From Octopus sinensis (taxonomy: Eukaryota): DNA of 64,000 bases. Position 1 is the first letter of the stretch, and each line of letters starts with the position of its first letter. Both the position numbers and the translations under genes were made by a program. The stretch is from positions 80,166,001 to 80,230,000 of the forward strand of contig NC_043006.1 in NCBI RefSeq assembly GCF_006345805.1, read 5' to 3'. Shown here piece after piece: positions 35,440 to 49,494 of this stretch. Under the pieces are notes generated by a model. That model was not told the origin of the DNA. It was given only the letters and a program-made list of their open reading frames with translations, and searched no databases.

Positions 35440-36885
35440 CATTTCATGGGTGATATAAATGTTTATGCGAAAAATATGTAACAAATGATGTAGGAGTGCA
35501 ATTTGGGATAGAAAAGTACGCTATTTTGAAAATGAAACGAAGAATTTAAAGAAGCCAGGGAACTAAAATGCCAAATGGGAAAACAATGAGAGCAGTTGAG
35601 AAAAGACACTGGTATAAGTACTTGGAAATACTGGAAGCAGATGAAATAAAAAATGAAGAAACGAAACAAATTACCAGTAGTAAGTACACAGGGAGAATGA
35701 GAAATTATTGCAGTCAAAACTGAATTCAAAAAATCTTATCGAAGCAATAAATTAGAGCAGTACCTTTAATCAAATGTGGAGTTCGAATAATAGACTGAAC
35801 CAGAAACAATTTAAAAGAACTTGACAGAAAAACTAGAAAGTTGTTGACAATGTATGGAGCCCACCATCCGAAAGCTGATATCAACCGGCTGTACTTGAGG
35901 TGAGACCAGGGTGGAAGAAACTTAATAGCAGTAGAAGAATGTGTTGAGATGAAAAGGAAAAGCCTAGATGAGTATTTACAGAACAGCACAGAAAAACTAC
36001 TAAAGACAGTGAATAAAGAACAAGTGAGCAAGCGCGTAAAAGGAGAAAAGGACAAGAATAAAATTTAAAGAGAGCACGTCAGATAGATTGAAGAGAAACG
36101 TTTAGATAGTCAGTATTGGAAAGCCATTGATGATGTATGTGGAACAAAATCCTGAGCAAGGTTAAAAACGGGGCAATTAAAAAAAGAACCAGAGAGCCTA
36201 ATTGTAGCAGCCCAAGAACAAGCGATAAAAACAAAGAACTTGGGAAAAAATATACATGGAGAGAAGGTGGCAGAAAAATGTAAAGCCTGTGGAACTTGGA
36301 ATGAGACAGTGGCACACATTGTGACAGAATACTCCAAGTTGGCACAGGAAGACTATAAGAACTGGAGGCACGACCAGGTCGTAACAGTTTTACGCTGGAA
36401 TATTTGCCAGAAATGGGTATTTGAAGCTAGAAACACATAGTACAATCTTCGAATCGGAAGAGTACTGGAGATGAATTTTGTGGAACATTCTTATTCAAAT
36501 GGACAAGAAGTTAGAAAATAATAGACCAGACATAACAATCATAGATAAGGAAATGCGATTTTAGGATTGTAAAGTAAGAGGACGAAAAACAAAACAAAAA
36601 AAAAAAAGAAATTAAATGGGAAGAATTTGGAGCATGAAAGCACTAAAGAATGTGCCTATATTAATTAGTGCATTGCGAACAATAAACAAAGCAAAGATAT
36701 AAAGAAATGGCTGAAGGAGATTGGAATAGAATGCCCTGTAGAGCTCTTACAAAAAATTTGTCTCTTTGGGATAACAAGGATTATCAGGAGCGTTTTAAAC
36801 ACTTGAAAGACTACTGAAATCTTGTGGACACCAAATGTTACCCACATAAATCCTACGAGGAATAAGACCGTATAAAACCAGATAA
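35440..36885 (+). mobile_element. R4/Dong-like RLE-type LINE remnant (RT to C-terminus) ending in (AAT)n
   Basis: Fragments NHL.FMGDI.VYAKN, GVQFGIEK, LDRKTRKLLTMYGAHHPKADINRLY, KCKACGTWNETVAHIVTEYSKLAQEDYKNWRHDQV, NRPDI. Confidence 0.85.
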
Positions 36886-36937
36886 TAATAATAATAATAA
36901 TAATGATGATAATGATAATAATAATAATAATAATAAC

Positions 36938-36972
<35 letters not shown>

Positions 36973-37004
36973 TAATAATAATAATAATGATGATAATGAC
37001 GATG

Positions 37005-37418
37005 GTTTAAAATTTTGCCACAAGGACAGCATATCTGCGGGGATAAGCCGATTATATCACACCCAGTGTTCTACTGTTACTTGTTTTATCGACCTGAAAA
37101 CATGAGAGGCTAAGTCGATCTAGGTGGAATTTGAATTCAGAACGTAGCGACGGGCGAAATACCAATTTCTTTACTACCCACAATGGGCTAAACACAGAGG
37201 GGACGAACAAGGACAGACAAACGAATTAAGTCGATTATATCGACTCCAGTGCGTAACTGGTACTTATTTAATCGACCCCGAAAGGATGAAAGGCAAAGTC
37301 GACCTCAGCGGAATTTGAACTCAGAACGTAGCGGCAGACGAAATACCGCAAAGCATTTCGCCCGGTGTGCTAACGTTTCTGCCAGCTCGCGGCCTAAATA
37401 ATAATTATAATAATAATG

Positions 37419-37456
<38 letters not shown>

Positions 37457-37476
37457 CATAATAATAATAATAGTAA

Positions 37477-37560
<84 letters not shown>

Positions 37561-38147
37561 CTTTCTACTATAGGCACAAGGCCCGAAATTTTGGGGGAGG
37601 GGGCCATTCGATTAGATCGACTCCAGTATGTAGCTGGAATTTGTACTCCGAACGTCAATACGGACGAATCGCCACTAAGTATTTCGCCCGGGGTGATAAC
37701 GATACTGCCAGCTCACCCGCTGATTAATAATGATAAAAATAATAATCCTTTCTACTATAAGCACAAGACCTGAAATTTGTGGGGAAGAGACTAGTCAATT
37801 ACATCGACCCCAGTGCGTCACTGGTACTTAATTTATCGACCCCGAAAAGATGAGAGGCAAAGTCGACCTCGGCGGAATTTAAGCTCAAAACGTGAGGATA
37901 AGCATTTCATCCAGCGTGCTAACGATTCTACTAGCTCGCCTTATTATTAATAATAATAATGATCCTTTCCACAATAAGCACAAAGCCTGAAATTTGGGGG
38001 AAGGGGACAAGCCGATCACATCGATCCCGGTGTTTCACTGGCACTTATTTCACCAACCCCGAAAGATTGAAAGGCAATGTCAAATTCCCCTGCGGAATTT
38101 GAACTCAGAACGTAGCGACGGGCGAAATACCGTTAAGCATTTCTGTG
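37005..38147 (-). mobile_element. Head-to-tail array of five family-A SINE copies separated by (AAT)/(ACT) repeats
   Basis: Units at ~37005-37163, 37164-37395, 37559-37721, 37748-37944 and 37963-38147, all with the tcgac...ggtactta...gaatttgaactcagaacgt core. Confidence 0.88.
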
Positions 38148-38290
38148 TCCCCATGTTTTCGAACAGGGGACATCTTGCAAGCCACGTTGATAAAGAGCAA
38201 TAACCCTGGAACTAGCCCGTGGATGCTAGGTTTTGCTGAGTGGAGGTACTAATCTCCCTTGTTCGGGAACATAAGGACACAAAACTTTGA

Positions 38291-38323
<33 letters not shown>

Positions 38324-38499
38324 ATGTCCTTCCTTCAGTTCCCTCTGCGAAATCCACTCACAAGTCTTTGGTCGGTCCGAGGCTATAATATAAGCTTCTT
38401 ACCACACAGCCATTCCTGCGCCAAAAGAAAGGGACAGTATGGTTTAGCACAAAAACACATGTGAATAAACGGCGACCACACCTGTTCATCGTCAAGGAA

Positions 38500-40240
38500 A
38501 CGCTGAAGATTTTGCAGCCTCAGTGCATGTTTGTGCATCATTAGTTACGATATGCCTAGTTCTCCACGCTGTGGCTGTTGACTGCAAACGGACCGTCTAA
38601 GAGCGGAAGAGCAGACTCTCCAGCTTGATCAGCAATGAAACAGGGCAAAGGACGACGGTCAGACGGTAGTAGATTATGGAGTCAATGCATGCATTCACCA
38701 CCTCCACCCAACCTTTCAGGGACAGCTTTCTCTCGGTTCATTTTTGGGTGAGACAGGCAGGGTGGGCACTACCCACCTTGCTCGTCATCTTCCAGATCTT
38801 GTCCACCTGGAGGTCCGAACGAAGCAAAATCCAGAGCAGGTCAACCTATTCTTCTGTCTGTCGCCTCACGACGCTGGCAGGCTGCAGGTCCACTGATGTC
38901 TCCTTGTTAATTTTTGCACTTATCTTCATTTTGAATTCCCTTAGAGTAGAGCCGATCACCTCGATTGTCGGGATATCCGACATTATTATGGTGATGTCGG
39001 TTGCATAAACCAACAGGAATCTTCTGCATCCCATTTCACGAGGGATGCCCCCCAAAACATCTAGCTTCCGTCTCAATGGTTCGAGAATCAACACATAGAA
39101 AGGGGTGATAGTGGGCGTGCTTGGCGGACCTAACGTGCGATTCTAAACGACTTCTATAGATGGCCATTTAATTAACCATGAAGCTGCACGTTACAGCGAT
39201 CCAACTTCTGAAAACGGCACCAAAACCAGTAACCGCGTGGACAGCCTCTAAGTTTTGATGGTCGACCCTATCGACCGTTTTCGACTAATCCAAACTGATC
39301 AGAGGCCCAAACATGTCAGATTCCTTACCTACTTTGTTTAATATAGTGCAAGTGAGGTGGGGGTTGTCAACGCAAGCCATAAGCTTCTTTGCTTACACCT
39401 TGACCAAAATATTATAATCAGTCTTTAGCAGACTTACGGGTTTAAAATGACCTGTTTGATCACCACGCTACGACTCACAGAACTGGGAATTATTCTGTTC
39501 TGTTGTTAGTTGCAGCAGGCATCAGCTAAGAGACACCGAACAAGTCTGGCAGATGAAAATAGAGCTCAAAGAGCAGACCATCCAGCCCCGGAGACTTCTT
39601 TCGTTTGAAGCTAGTCATCGCGTCCCGTATGTCTTCTGCTATTATCGGCGTTTCGCAGAACCTCGATTCCCTAGCCGAAAGGTACAGCTGCCCGTCGGAG
39701 GTGAAATTCGTCTCTGCCTCCGACCACATTGCTGCCCGTACAGTTTAGCACTGTGCCGCTGAAATCCCACACATATCTGCTTGGGCTCAGTTAGTAAGAG
39801 CCTTCCCAGCCCGTCAAAGACTAACTTGTGTCTGTGTTGTCACGTTGCGCCTCCACCAGGAGTATCCATTGAAATTCTTTTGTTCTCTCGTGTCTTAGAG
39901 TACAAGCCATTGCTTTGACAGCGCAAACTTCATGCTTATTGTTGAAGAATTGGTCAAGTGCCAGTCATGCCATCAGTATGTCCGTCACTATGCCATTTTA
40001 AGTGCTTCTTGTAGCTTCCTAACTAGGTTTCCCTCTACTCTCGACTTAATGCTATTGCTTTACTAAATACTCTAACGCCTCTTCTCTAATAGCTCATTAC
40101 AAGGTCACCCACGAAAAGGTTATAAACGATTGCATCATCAACTTGCTAATCCAGTCTCTGAAAACTTGGCGCGCTGGAACTGACGCATTTAGTTTCCAGT
40201 ATCCGAGGAAGGCCTTACCTATGGAGACTATCTATGCCGA
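38500..40240 (-). mobile_element. Tx1/L1-clade LINE ORF2 remnant (linker and RT)
   Basis: YWKLNAS linker; KKSPGLDGL.FELY; DRVDH..L...GFG; INGHL...SPF.YVLILEP; LLVYATDITI (decayed YADD); AKINKE.SV. Confidence 0.85.
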
Positions 40241-41156
40241 CCGTACAGATTACAGTTTGTGGTCTGCGTAGACAACGACGTTTGAATTGTGGACAACTCA
40301 TGATACTTCTATCTACTGGCCTACAGAATACTCCATCTAGATACAACGTAGATAACCCGATGTTGTTTGCCAAGGTCCACATCGGCACATTCGGGAGATC
40401 CAATAGGTATCTGTCAGACAGTTGGAAGCAACTCTCTCCTTACACAAACGTAAATGGAATTATTATTTAACCTTAAAATACATGGTACATATTCAAAGAA
40501 CCTTTATGTACAAATTGAAATGCAAAAGAACGAAAAAATAAATGGATTTATGCATGAAAGTTTAGTAATAGCATTTATTTCCACCACGCGATACTTATTA
40601 TTGCAAACATGTTTTAACTAACCTAAACTATAAACGCACACAAATACAGTCATATATTTATGTCTCGAGTTGTAGCTGTAAATTCAAAGGGGCCAGCCTT
40701 GTCATATTCTGATTGAGGCTGAATCTCCCTGAGAATTACGTTAATGTTATGTATATCTGTGGAGTACTCACCCTTTTGTTAGTTAATTTTATCCTCGTGT
40801 GGTAATGAAAAGTGAAATTGACATCCAATACTTGCTGTGTCTATGTATCTATGTATGAAATTTTCTTTGGATTTATGTATCTACTGTCTCTCTCACTTTC
40901 TCTCTTTCTCTTTCACTTCTTTTGTGTCCCACTTCTGTCCAGCTTTTAAAACACAAAACGAACGCCGTCACCACTCACTGTCTCTTTTACTCTCTCTCTT
41001 TCTCTCACTTTTTTCTCTCTCTCTCACTCACTCACTCGCTCACTCTCTCTCTCTCCAACTCTATCCTCCTCTCTCTCACTTTACCACTTCTTTGAAGTAA
41101 CTGTGACACACACATTAGGTACGTACAAAAATCAAAAGTTAGCGTATTAAATTTAT

Positions 41157-41223
<67 letters not shown>

Positions 41224-41224
41224 C

Positions 41225-43245
41225 GATAGGCAATTACTAGCTGATATCCTGTTTACCACTTATGTGGAAATTATTGACTGGAATACTGGAAGAGTCAATG
41301 TACGAACATCTAGAAAAATATGGAGTCCTGCCACATGGGCAGAAGTGTTACAAGCGTAAGTGCAGATGTACCAAGGATCAACTTTTGATTGATAGAACTG
41401 TACTCAGAGATTGCAAGAAGAGGAAAAGTAACATAGCCATATCATGGATCGACTATCGTAAGGCGTACGATATGATCCCACATTCTTGGATTATGGAGTG
41501 TATGAACCTGTTTGGGATTGCATTGAATGTTGAGCGATTGCTTGGAAAAAGTATGGCGAATTGGAGGACCAACTTGACGGCATACGGAAGAAGTTTAGGG
41601 ATAGTAGAAATTAAGAGGGGCATCTTCCAAAGCGACTGCCTGTCCCCACTGATCTTTGTACTGTGTTTGATACCATTGACACTGATTCTGAGGAAAGCAA
41701 AAGCTGGGTATGTATTCAAAAGCAGGCAACGAAAAGTTAACCATTTGTTATTCATGGATGACCTCAAACTTTATGATAAAGATGAATCCCAAGTCAATTC
41801 CCTCCTTGATACGGTATATACCTTCAGTGCTGATATCAGAATGGAGTTCGGACTGAGAAAGTGTGGTGTGTTAGTATTGAAGAGTGGCAAAATCAAATGT
41901 ATGGGCGAACTAACGATATTGTCAGGGGAGGTTATGAAGCAAATTGAAGAGACGGGCTATAAGTACTTGTGGATTTTGGAAATGAATAAATTGATGGAGA
42001 AAGAAATGACATAAAAATTTAAGGTGGAGTACTTACACAGACTGAGACTGAGCCTTAAGTCGAAATTAAATGGACAAAATAAGATCGAAGCTATCAACAC
42101 CTGGGCGCTTTCACTCCTTAGATATGGAGCAGGGGTAATCGCATGGACAGTAGACGAACTAAACAGCTTAGACAGAAAAACAAGAAAATTGCTAACTAGA
42201 TATGTGTTACCCCACCAAAAATGTGACACAGACAGACTGTATGTACCAAGAAAAAGAGGGGGAAGAGGACTTATTGAATGCGAACACAGCATTAGAGCAG
42301 AAAAAAATAACATAGCATGGTATGTAAAAAATGCCACAGAACCGCTATTATTAGAAGTAGGAAGGTCAGGCCTGTGTAGGATGGAAGATTTCAAAGATAA
42401 AGAACTATACAAGCAATTGAAAACAAATGGAACTGAAAATAGGTGGGTAAAAAAAAGAATGCATAGTCAATTTCATAAGGATATTGAAGATAAGACAGAC
42501 ATAGAAAAAAGATGGCTGTGAATAACTTAAAACCGGAAACGGATGCCCTAATATGTGCTGCTCAAAAGCAAACACTAAGAAAAAACTACATAAAATAGAG
42601 AAAAGATAACATATCAGTAAGTGTTAAGTGCAGAATCTGTGGACAAAACGGTAAAATCGTATGGCATATTACCAGCCAATGTACGCCATTAGCCCAGAAG
42701 GAATATGAGACGCCACGACAATATAACCAATATAACACTTTGCAACAAGTATGGACATGACAGCGCAAAACATTGGTACGACCACAAACCTGAAGGCATT
42801 GTCGAAAATAGAAATGCAAAGATCCTGTGTGGTTTTATGATTCAGAGCGACCATGAGATTGAGAATTGGAAGCCGGACATAGTTTTAATTGAAAAAGAAA
42901 ACAAATTATGCTGGATCATAGACATAGCATGCCCAGCTGACAAGATATGCGATAAGGAGGAGAGAAAATTCGAGAGATATGACAGGTTAGCTTGGGAATT
43001 TAAGCAGTTGTGGTCGATGAAAATGGTAGCAATAGTACCAATAATTGTCGGAGCCCTGGGAGCAGTGAGCAAAAATCTCGAGAAGTACGTGAAACAAATA
43101 GGGGCTGCAATGAGGGTGGAGCCCTTGTAGAAAACAGCACTGCTTGGAACCGCTCGAATACTCCGGAAGGTGCTCGAAAAATAAGGTGTTACCTTAGTTC
43201 ACTTGTAGTGAACAGCTGACACAGCGTTAGAAGCTGTGCAAAGGC
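41225..43245 (+). mobile_element. 5'-truncated R4/Dong-like RLE-type LINE, flanked by (AAT)n
   Basis: RT motifs [37 protein letters not shown]; CCHC CRICGQ...HITSQC; RRHD; RLE motif KPDIVLIEK...IIDIACP; few stops or frameshifts. Confidence 0.92.
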
Positions 43246-43247
43246 AA

Positions 43248-43356
<109 letters not shown>

Positions 43357-43359
43357 GTA

Positions 43360-44450
43360 TATGTGCAGTTTCAGGCATTTATCAACCCCTTGAATAGTTC
43401 CAACGAGCCCCAGGGCTCGATATCGACCGCTTTGGAGCCCCCAACACAATTCAGCTATGCATTTACGATGGTGTCCTACGATGGTGGTGGGGATAGCGAT
43501 GGATGTGTTCATGATTGTAGTGCTGGAGAATTTGGTGTTGCTGTAGATGTGACTATGTTTGTTGTGGGTGCTTACTATGTTTTTTGCTTTGTGTGTGCGT
43601 GAGTGTGTTTGTATGTGTGTGTGTGTTTGTATGTGTATGTGTTCGTGTGATACATGATGTTTTTTGTTTTGTTTATTTTCACTTCGTGATGTAGAGATAT
43701 CGGTGTCTTTAGGATCTGTCTTGATATGGATGGAAATTTATTCATGTTTGTGCGAAATATCTGCGTGCAGGTTTCTGTTTAGAGAAAACGGAAAGGAGAG
43801 GAACCGCTTCGTTGGAAGGGGCTCGCGATTTTTTTGATGTCCGTTCGTGACTCTGTTGATGGTGTTTGTGGATCTTTAAATATTGTTGGTGTTGCTGTTG
43901 TTACTGGTGTTGCTAGTTTTGCTGTTTCCATTGTTCATGTTGCTTTTGCTGCCCGGGTTGGTGCCACTATTATTATTCGCTATTAGTTTGGTTGCTGTGG
44001 CTTTTAGGGAACTGGTATTGGCGGGAAGGGGGTGGTGGTTCCATGTCTTCTATTGAAAGCAAAAAGTATTCAAGTGACCAATTTCCCCAGACAGATGGCA
44101 ACGAAGCCTTCTGCTGTCAACTACATACAACTTCATCCCTCCTGGAGGGTGAATGAAGTTAGGGCACTTATGGATTTTGCCTGGTTTGATGTGGAGTAGC
44201 ACCTCCAAACTGATTTTAGACCAGTTTTCACGACCGGTTGGTTTCACCCATAGGAGGTTTTTACTTCCAGGACAATGCTGGCTAAAATCCATCATATATT
44301 CACCTCTGATAGTATCCCTAAAGTCTTGACACTTATCACCCTACTTCATCTTGGACAGCATACCGCACTCATGGATCATGAAATCGCTGGATATCTTCAA
44401 AAATTCTCCTGTGATTTCAGGCTTCCTGAAGTACATGTCTGGAGTACGAA
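43360..44450 (-). mobile_element. Tx1-like LINE ORF1 and possible start of ORF2 (remnant)
   Basis: ORF 44050-44295 ends KLYVVDSRRLRCHLSGEIGHLNTFC (decayed zinc knuckle); GLQSG...GVDKC resembles an APE N-terminus; same strand as 38500-40240. Confidence 0.55.
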
Positions 44451-44499
44451 TCTCCAGTTATACCACTCTAATGGAATACTGACCACAAAAAAATATTAA

Positions 44500-46400
44500 T
44501 ATCAACTGTGGCATTTTCCAAGGTGACTCACTTTCACCTTTAATTTTCTGCATAGCCGTAATACCACTTACAAGTGGACTCAGCAGAGTAGGGTATGGAT
44601 ATAATATTGGCGACAAGAAAATAAGTCATCTCTTCTATACGGTGTGATTTAAAACTCTATGGCAAAAACTATAATAATCTTGAAGGACCACTACATACTG
44701 TGTAAGCATTCAGTGGTGACATCGGGATGGAATTTGGTCTTAATAAATGTTCCAAGACCACTTTTCAGAAAGGGAAATTAAAGCCCTCACATTCAGTAGT
44801 GCTGGATGTTGACACTGTCATAAAAGAACTAGAGCAGGAACAAACTTACAAACACCTCGGATTAAATGAAGGCTCTGGAATTCAGCAGGGAAGTATGAAG
44901 GGCAGGAAGGAATTTTATTAGAGAGTTCGAGTAGTCCTAAAACCCGAGTTACATGGACGTAACAAGGTGTTAGCTATAAATTCCTTAGCAGTTCCGATTA
45001 TTATTTATAGTTTCAATGTGTTGAACTGAATATGAGCGAAATGAGGAAGATTGACAGAAAAAATCCGTAAGCTGCTGACTTGCACTAAGATGCACCATCC
45101 TCAGGCAGACGCAAATTGTCTTTACCTAACTAGAGCTCAAGGAGGTCGAGGCTTGATCCAATTTGGAATCTCCTACAAAACCATCACAATTGTACTGGCA
45201 AAATATATTGAAACATCTAACGACTGAATGCTAAGGCTCGTTGAAAACCATGAAAGACAATAAGCTTCATTCTGTTATGAAGGAGAGCAAATCATGTTCA
45301 AGTGAGTTTATGCAAAATATCCAGGTTAAACAGCATGATGGAAGTGCAGTAACTGTAGTTGCAAAGAAGGTGAAATCAATAGTAAAGTAAAATGCGTTTG
45401 AACAATTGGCTGATGGGTGGGAACAAAAAAAAACCTCTACATGGCAAATATGTGACCTGTAGCAAACACGCCGATGTAGGCCAGAAGCACACCCGTCGGT
45501 GGCTACGGAACTCATGGCGAAAAGAAGAGAGTGAAGACTTTATTTTGGCTGCTCAAGATCAGAGCTTATTGACCCGGAACTATCAAGTCAATGTGATGAA
45601 AAATGGTGTCGACCCAAGATCTGTAACGATGGGATAGAAACAGTGGGCCACCTAATCTCTGGGTGTAAGGTTTTAGAATACAAATCAAGATATGACAAAG
45701 TTGGCCAATATCTACATTGGATAATGTGCCGTCATTATAAAATCATAACTGCTGACAAATGGTACAGGCACCATCCTGAGGCTGTAACTGAGGGAGAAAA
45801 TGTAACTATTCTTTCGGACTTTCCAGTATGTACAGACCGGAGCATAAAAGCAATTAAACTAGATATTGTTGTGAAAGGCCAAAACAATAAAGTCTGTTTA
45901 TTCTTTTCTACTCTAGACACAAGACCCAAGTTTTGGCGGAGGAGGCCAGCCGATTAGATCGACTCCAGTACGTAACTGGTACTTAATTTATCGACGCCGA
46001 GAGGAAAGGATGAAAGGCAAAGTCGACTTCGGTGGAATTTGAATTCAGAACGGAAAGACAGACTAAATACCTCTAAGCATTTCGCCCGGCGTGCTAACGT
46101 TTCTGCCAGCTCGCCGCCTTAAAGTCTGTTTATTGATTGACATAAGCATACCCTGTGACCATAATATCACGGCAAAAGAAATTGATAAGCTCAGAAAATA
46201 TAAGATTTGGTAATCGAAATCGTAAAGATGTGGTATCCCAAGACGGTTACAATACCAGTGGTTGTAGGAGCATTGGGAATGATCAAAGAAACTGAAAATT
46301 ATCTAAAAATGATTCCTGGCTTACCATCCATGCAGTAAGTGCAAAAGATTGTCTTAACTGGTCCGTCATGCGTATTGAGAACAGAATTGTCACTGTGAAT
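44500..46400 (+). mobile_element. R4/Dong-like RLE-type LINE remnant, interrupted by a SINE
   Basis: INCGIFQGDSLSPLIFCIA; GMEFGLNKCSK; YKHLG; GHLISGCKVL.YKSRYDKV; KLDIVVKGQNNKVC|LLIDISIPCD; TIPVVVGALG. Confidence 0.85.
45903..46119 (-). mobile_element. Family-A SINE with a 15-bp TSD
   Basis: TSD taaagtctgtttatt at 45888-45902 and 46120-46134. Confidence 0.92.
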
Positions 46401-46614
46401 TTTTCTCCCACCCCCCACCTTTTATTTGCTTACTTTTTAATTTTAATTTTTTTTTCATTTTTTCCAAAGCTACAATACAGGGAAGAGTTTGCGCACTCCC
46501 AGTAACAGGAAAGAACACACAATGCTGCACACACCTCAGTAACAGGGATGTGTAGCAGGTGATGTAGAAATTTGCCTGAAACTACTGAGTGTTGAACAAT
46601 TGTATAATAAAAAT

Positions 46615-46708
<94 letters not shown>

Positions 46709-46729
46709 GAGAAACAATAATAATAATGA

Positions 46730-47050
46730 TAGAGAAACTTTCAAATTAGAAAGACATGGAAATAGAGGTAAATCGAATGTGGAATTTAAAAGCAGAAACA
46801 ATTCCTATCATAGTAGGCGTATTAGGTCTGATAAAAAAATATTCAGACAAATACATAAAAACACCAGGACTTACAAATATATATAACATACAGAAAATTG
46901 CACTACTGGGCACTGCACACATCCTACGTAAATCACTTTCAATAGAGTAACAAACAGAGCATCACAACAAATCACAGCACATACCCAAGGCACACAGAGC
47001 TGCGCTCGGTAATGAAGTGAAAGCACGCTATAAAAATAAAACTACTGAAT
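46730..47050 (+). mobile_element. 3' end of an R4/Dong-like LINE within AAT/AAC/AAG repeats
   Basis: MEIEVNRMWNLKAETIPIIVGVLGLIKK...IQKIALLGTAHILRK, then a 3'UTR and an aataat tail. Confidence 0.85.
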
Positions 47051-47058
47051 AATAATGA

Positions 47059-47089
<31 letters not shown>

Positions 47090-47499
47090 AAGAAGAACAA
47101 CAACAACAACAACAATTATAATAATAATAATGATATTAATAATAATAATAATAATGATACGAGCAAGAAGAGCAGGGCTGTAGGAGGAAAAGGAAAAAGA
47201 ACACTGTCGGTTATATAATGTTACAATATTATACACAAATTACATCTTCTGACAATCAAGTCCAACTCCGGGCCTTCCAACTCCGAGAAGGGAGTGAAAA
47301 GGCGAATGTCTGCTGCCTTCAAATAACCAGTGGTCAGGGTAGGTTGAGCTCGTTAGCCTTAGATAGCAAGTAGCCAAGGAGAAGGACCACTCTGATATCA
47401 AAACTAAGGGAGCAACCTCTCTTCCGCCGTAGTGGGCAACCTTGATAGAGATGATGTCTCAATAAAATACTAATTTGTAGCAATTCTAAAAACACACCT

Positions 47500-48600
47500 C
47501 ATTTATGTGAATATGTCAAACTAATCACCTAACGATAACGGTGTGAACAGGACTGGAGCCAATGGTGAAAGTGCCACACCCAGCAGGTGTCTGATTGTGC
47601 AGACACCTGGGTGAGGCCGGTCGTAATATGGAAACTGCTAGCCATACTGCGGGAAAAAGTGAAGCAAATAAACATGATAGTTGTAGAGTGCTACAATGAG
47701 ACCATCCCAGTAGAAATTACAGAACTGAGATTATCTGATCCAGCAAGAGCAATACAAAAGAATAGGTAGCTGTCAGTGTTGGACTTAGAAACTATCAAAG
47801 GAAGGATATCTGGAGATGTTGAGCATAAAAGAAACAAAAATAGCCAAATGGAAGAACTGAACAATTTTTCACAATAATATACGGACAAGAGTGGTGAAAG
47901 AATCGAGATCAGAGAATGATTAATCAATGAAGATCAGGCGATAATGAACTGGTTTGTGGATCTATTAAATGCAAAAGAGATAGAATTTATGTGTGATTGA
48001 TCAGTGAGACTAAATCAAGAAACAAGCAAAATCAATAAAAAAATTAGCCAAGGTTGCAAGTAGAAAGGATGGGATTGAAGATCAATGATAACAGAACCTT
48101 GACGGAAAGAAAAGGAAATACACGACCTTGGTAGGAAAGGAGAATATAAGGAGATATAAGCTCCCTGAACAGTGTAGTGTCAATACTTATCAGAAAAGGA
48201 AAAAAGAGAATTGAAGAATGGTCGTTAAATTTATTTCTTTATTGCCCACAGGGGAGTAAACATAGAGGTGACAAACAAGTACAGACCAAGGGATTAAGCC
48301 GATAACATCAATCCCAGTGCGTAACTGGTACTTATTTAATCGACCCCGAAAGGCAAAGTCGACCATGGTCGTAAAGTTGAAAAATTGAAGAAGTATGGTG
48401 TTGATACAAAAGGACTGAATGTTGTAACCGAAGAGCTGAAGCAGCGCATACTTGCCAAGAAGGAAAAACTAACTACATTTGAGCAATGGAATAAACAATA
48501 CTGGTAAAACCGATTATTTAGAATCGATCAAATACAATACGATCAAGAAATTAATGGCGGCCTGGGAAAGATTAGTTCCTAATGCAGAAGACAGTCGATA
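47500..48600 (+). mobile_element. N-terminal part of an R4/Dong-like LINE ORF, with a SINE fragment inserted at ~48226-48364
   Basis: TELRLSDPARAIQKN..LS.LDLE and KKYG...KGLNVVTEELKQRILAK...NRLFRIDQ, typical pre-RT segments; atggtcgt duplicated around the SINE fragment. Confidence 0.65.
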
Positions 48601-48604
48601 GTTT

Positions 48605-48787
48605 CAAATTTTGGCACAAGGCTAGCAACTGCGGGACAAAAGGTAAATCGATTACATCGGCCCCAGTACTCCACTGGTACTTATTTTATCAACCCTGAAA
48701 GGATGAAAGGTAAAGTCAGCATTGGCAGAATTTGAACTCAGAACCTTAAGACAGTGTGCTAACGATTCTACTAGCTCGCTCGCCAGC
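48605..48787 (-). mobile_element. Family-A SINE, degenerate
   Basis: Same core as the other family-A copies. Confidence 0.75.
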
Positions 48788-49014
48788 CTTGATCCATTTA
48801 ATACATAGTTTTACATGTATATTTTTTCATTTGTGTAACCTAACAAGATAATTGTTTTCATTAACATTTTCGTTAACATTTTCATCAATTATCGAAACGG
48901 TCGTAACTGATTAATAAATGTAATAGTGTCATATGCATCCCTCTGTTTCTCTCTCCCCTCCTCTCTCTATATATGTGCGTATGTGCTTCTGTATATGTAT
49001 GTGCTTGTGTATAT

Positions 49015-49265
49015 GTATGTATGTGTGTGTGTGTAAATGTATGTATGCATGTATGAATGTATGTATGTATGTATGTATGTATGTATGTATGTATGTATGT
49101 ATGTATGTATGTATGTATGTATGTATGTATGCATGCATGTATGTATGTACGTATGTATGTATGTATGTATGTATGTATGTATGTATGTATGTATGTATGT
49201 ATGTATGTATGTATGTATGTATGTATGTATGTATGTATGTATGTATGTATGTATGTATGTATGTA
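49015..49265. repeat. (TATG)n microsatellite
   Basis: Direct reading; similar tracts at ~15145-15220, ~59590-59672 and ~59986-60054. Confidence 0.97.
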
Positions 49266-49494
49266 TCGCAGGAAGAAGTTACAAGAGAGCTCCTAATGTG
49301 AAGCAACGTATAACTATGAAAGATTTCACATGGCGAAATTAAAAATATATTTTTGAAGATAGATATGTAGTAGTAGGGGTACTCTAAAACTATAGTCATA
49401 TTTTTGGTACGGCATATGTTGGTATATGTTGGTGGGAAGGCAGTGTAGGAATTTTGACAAAAATATACGCATTACAAACATATATGGAAAGAAA

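Noticed and set aside
37005-38147. Repeat-spacer-like array resembling CRISPR
   Set aside because: Units are ~160-230-bp diverged SINEs separated by microsatellites, in eukaryotic DNA with no cas genes
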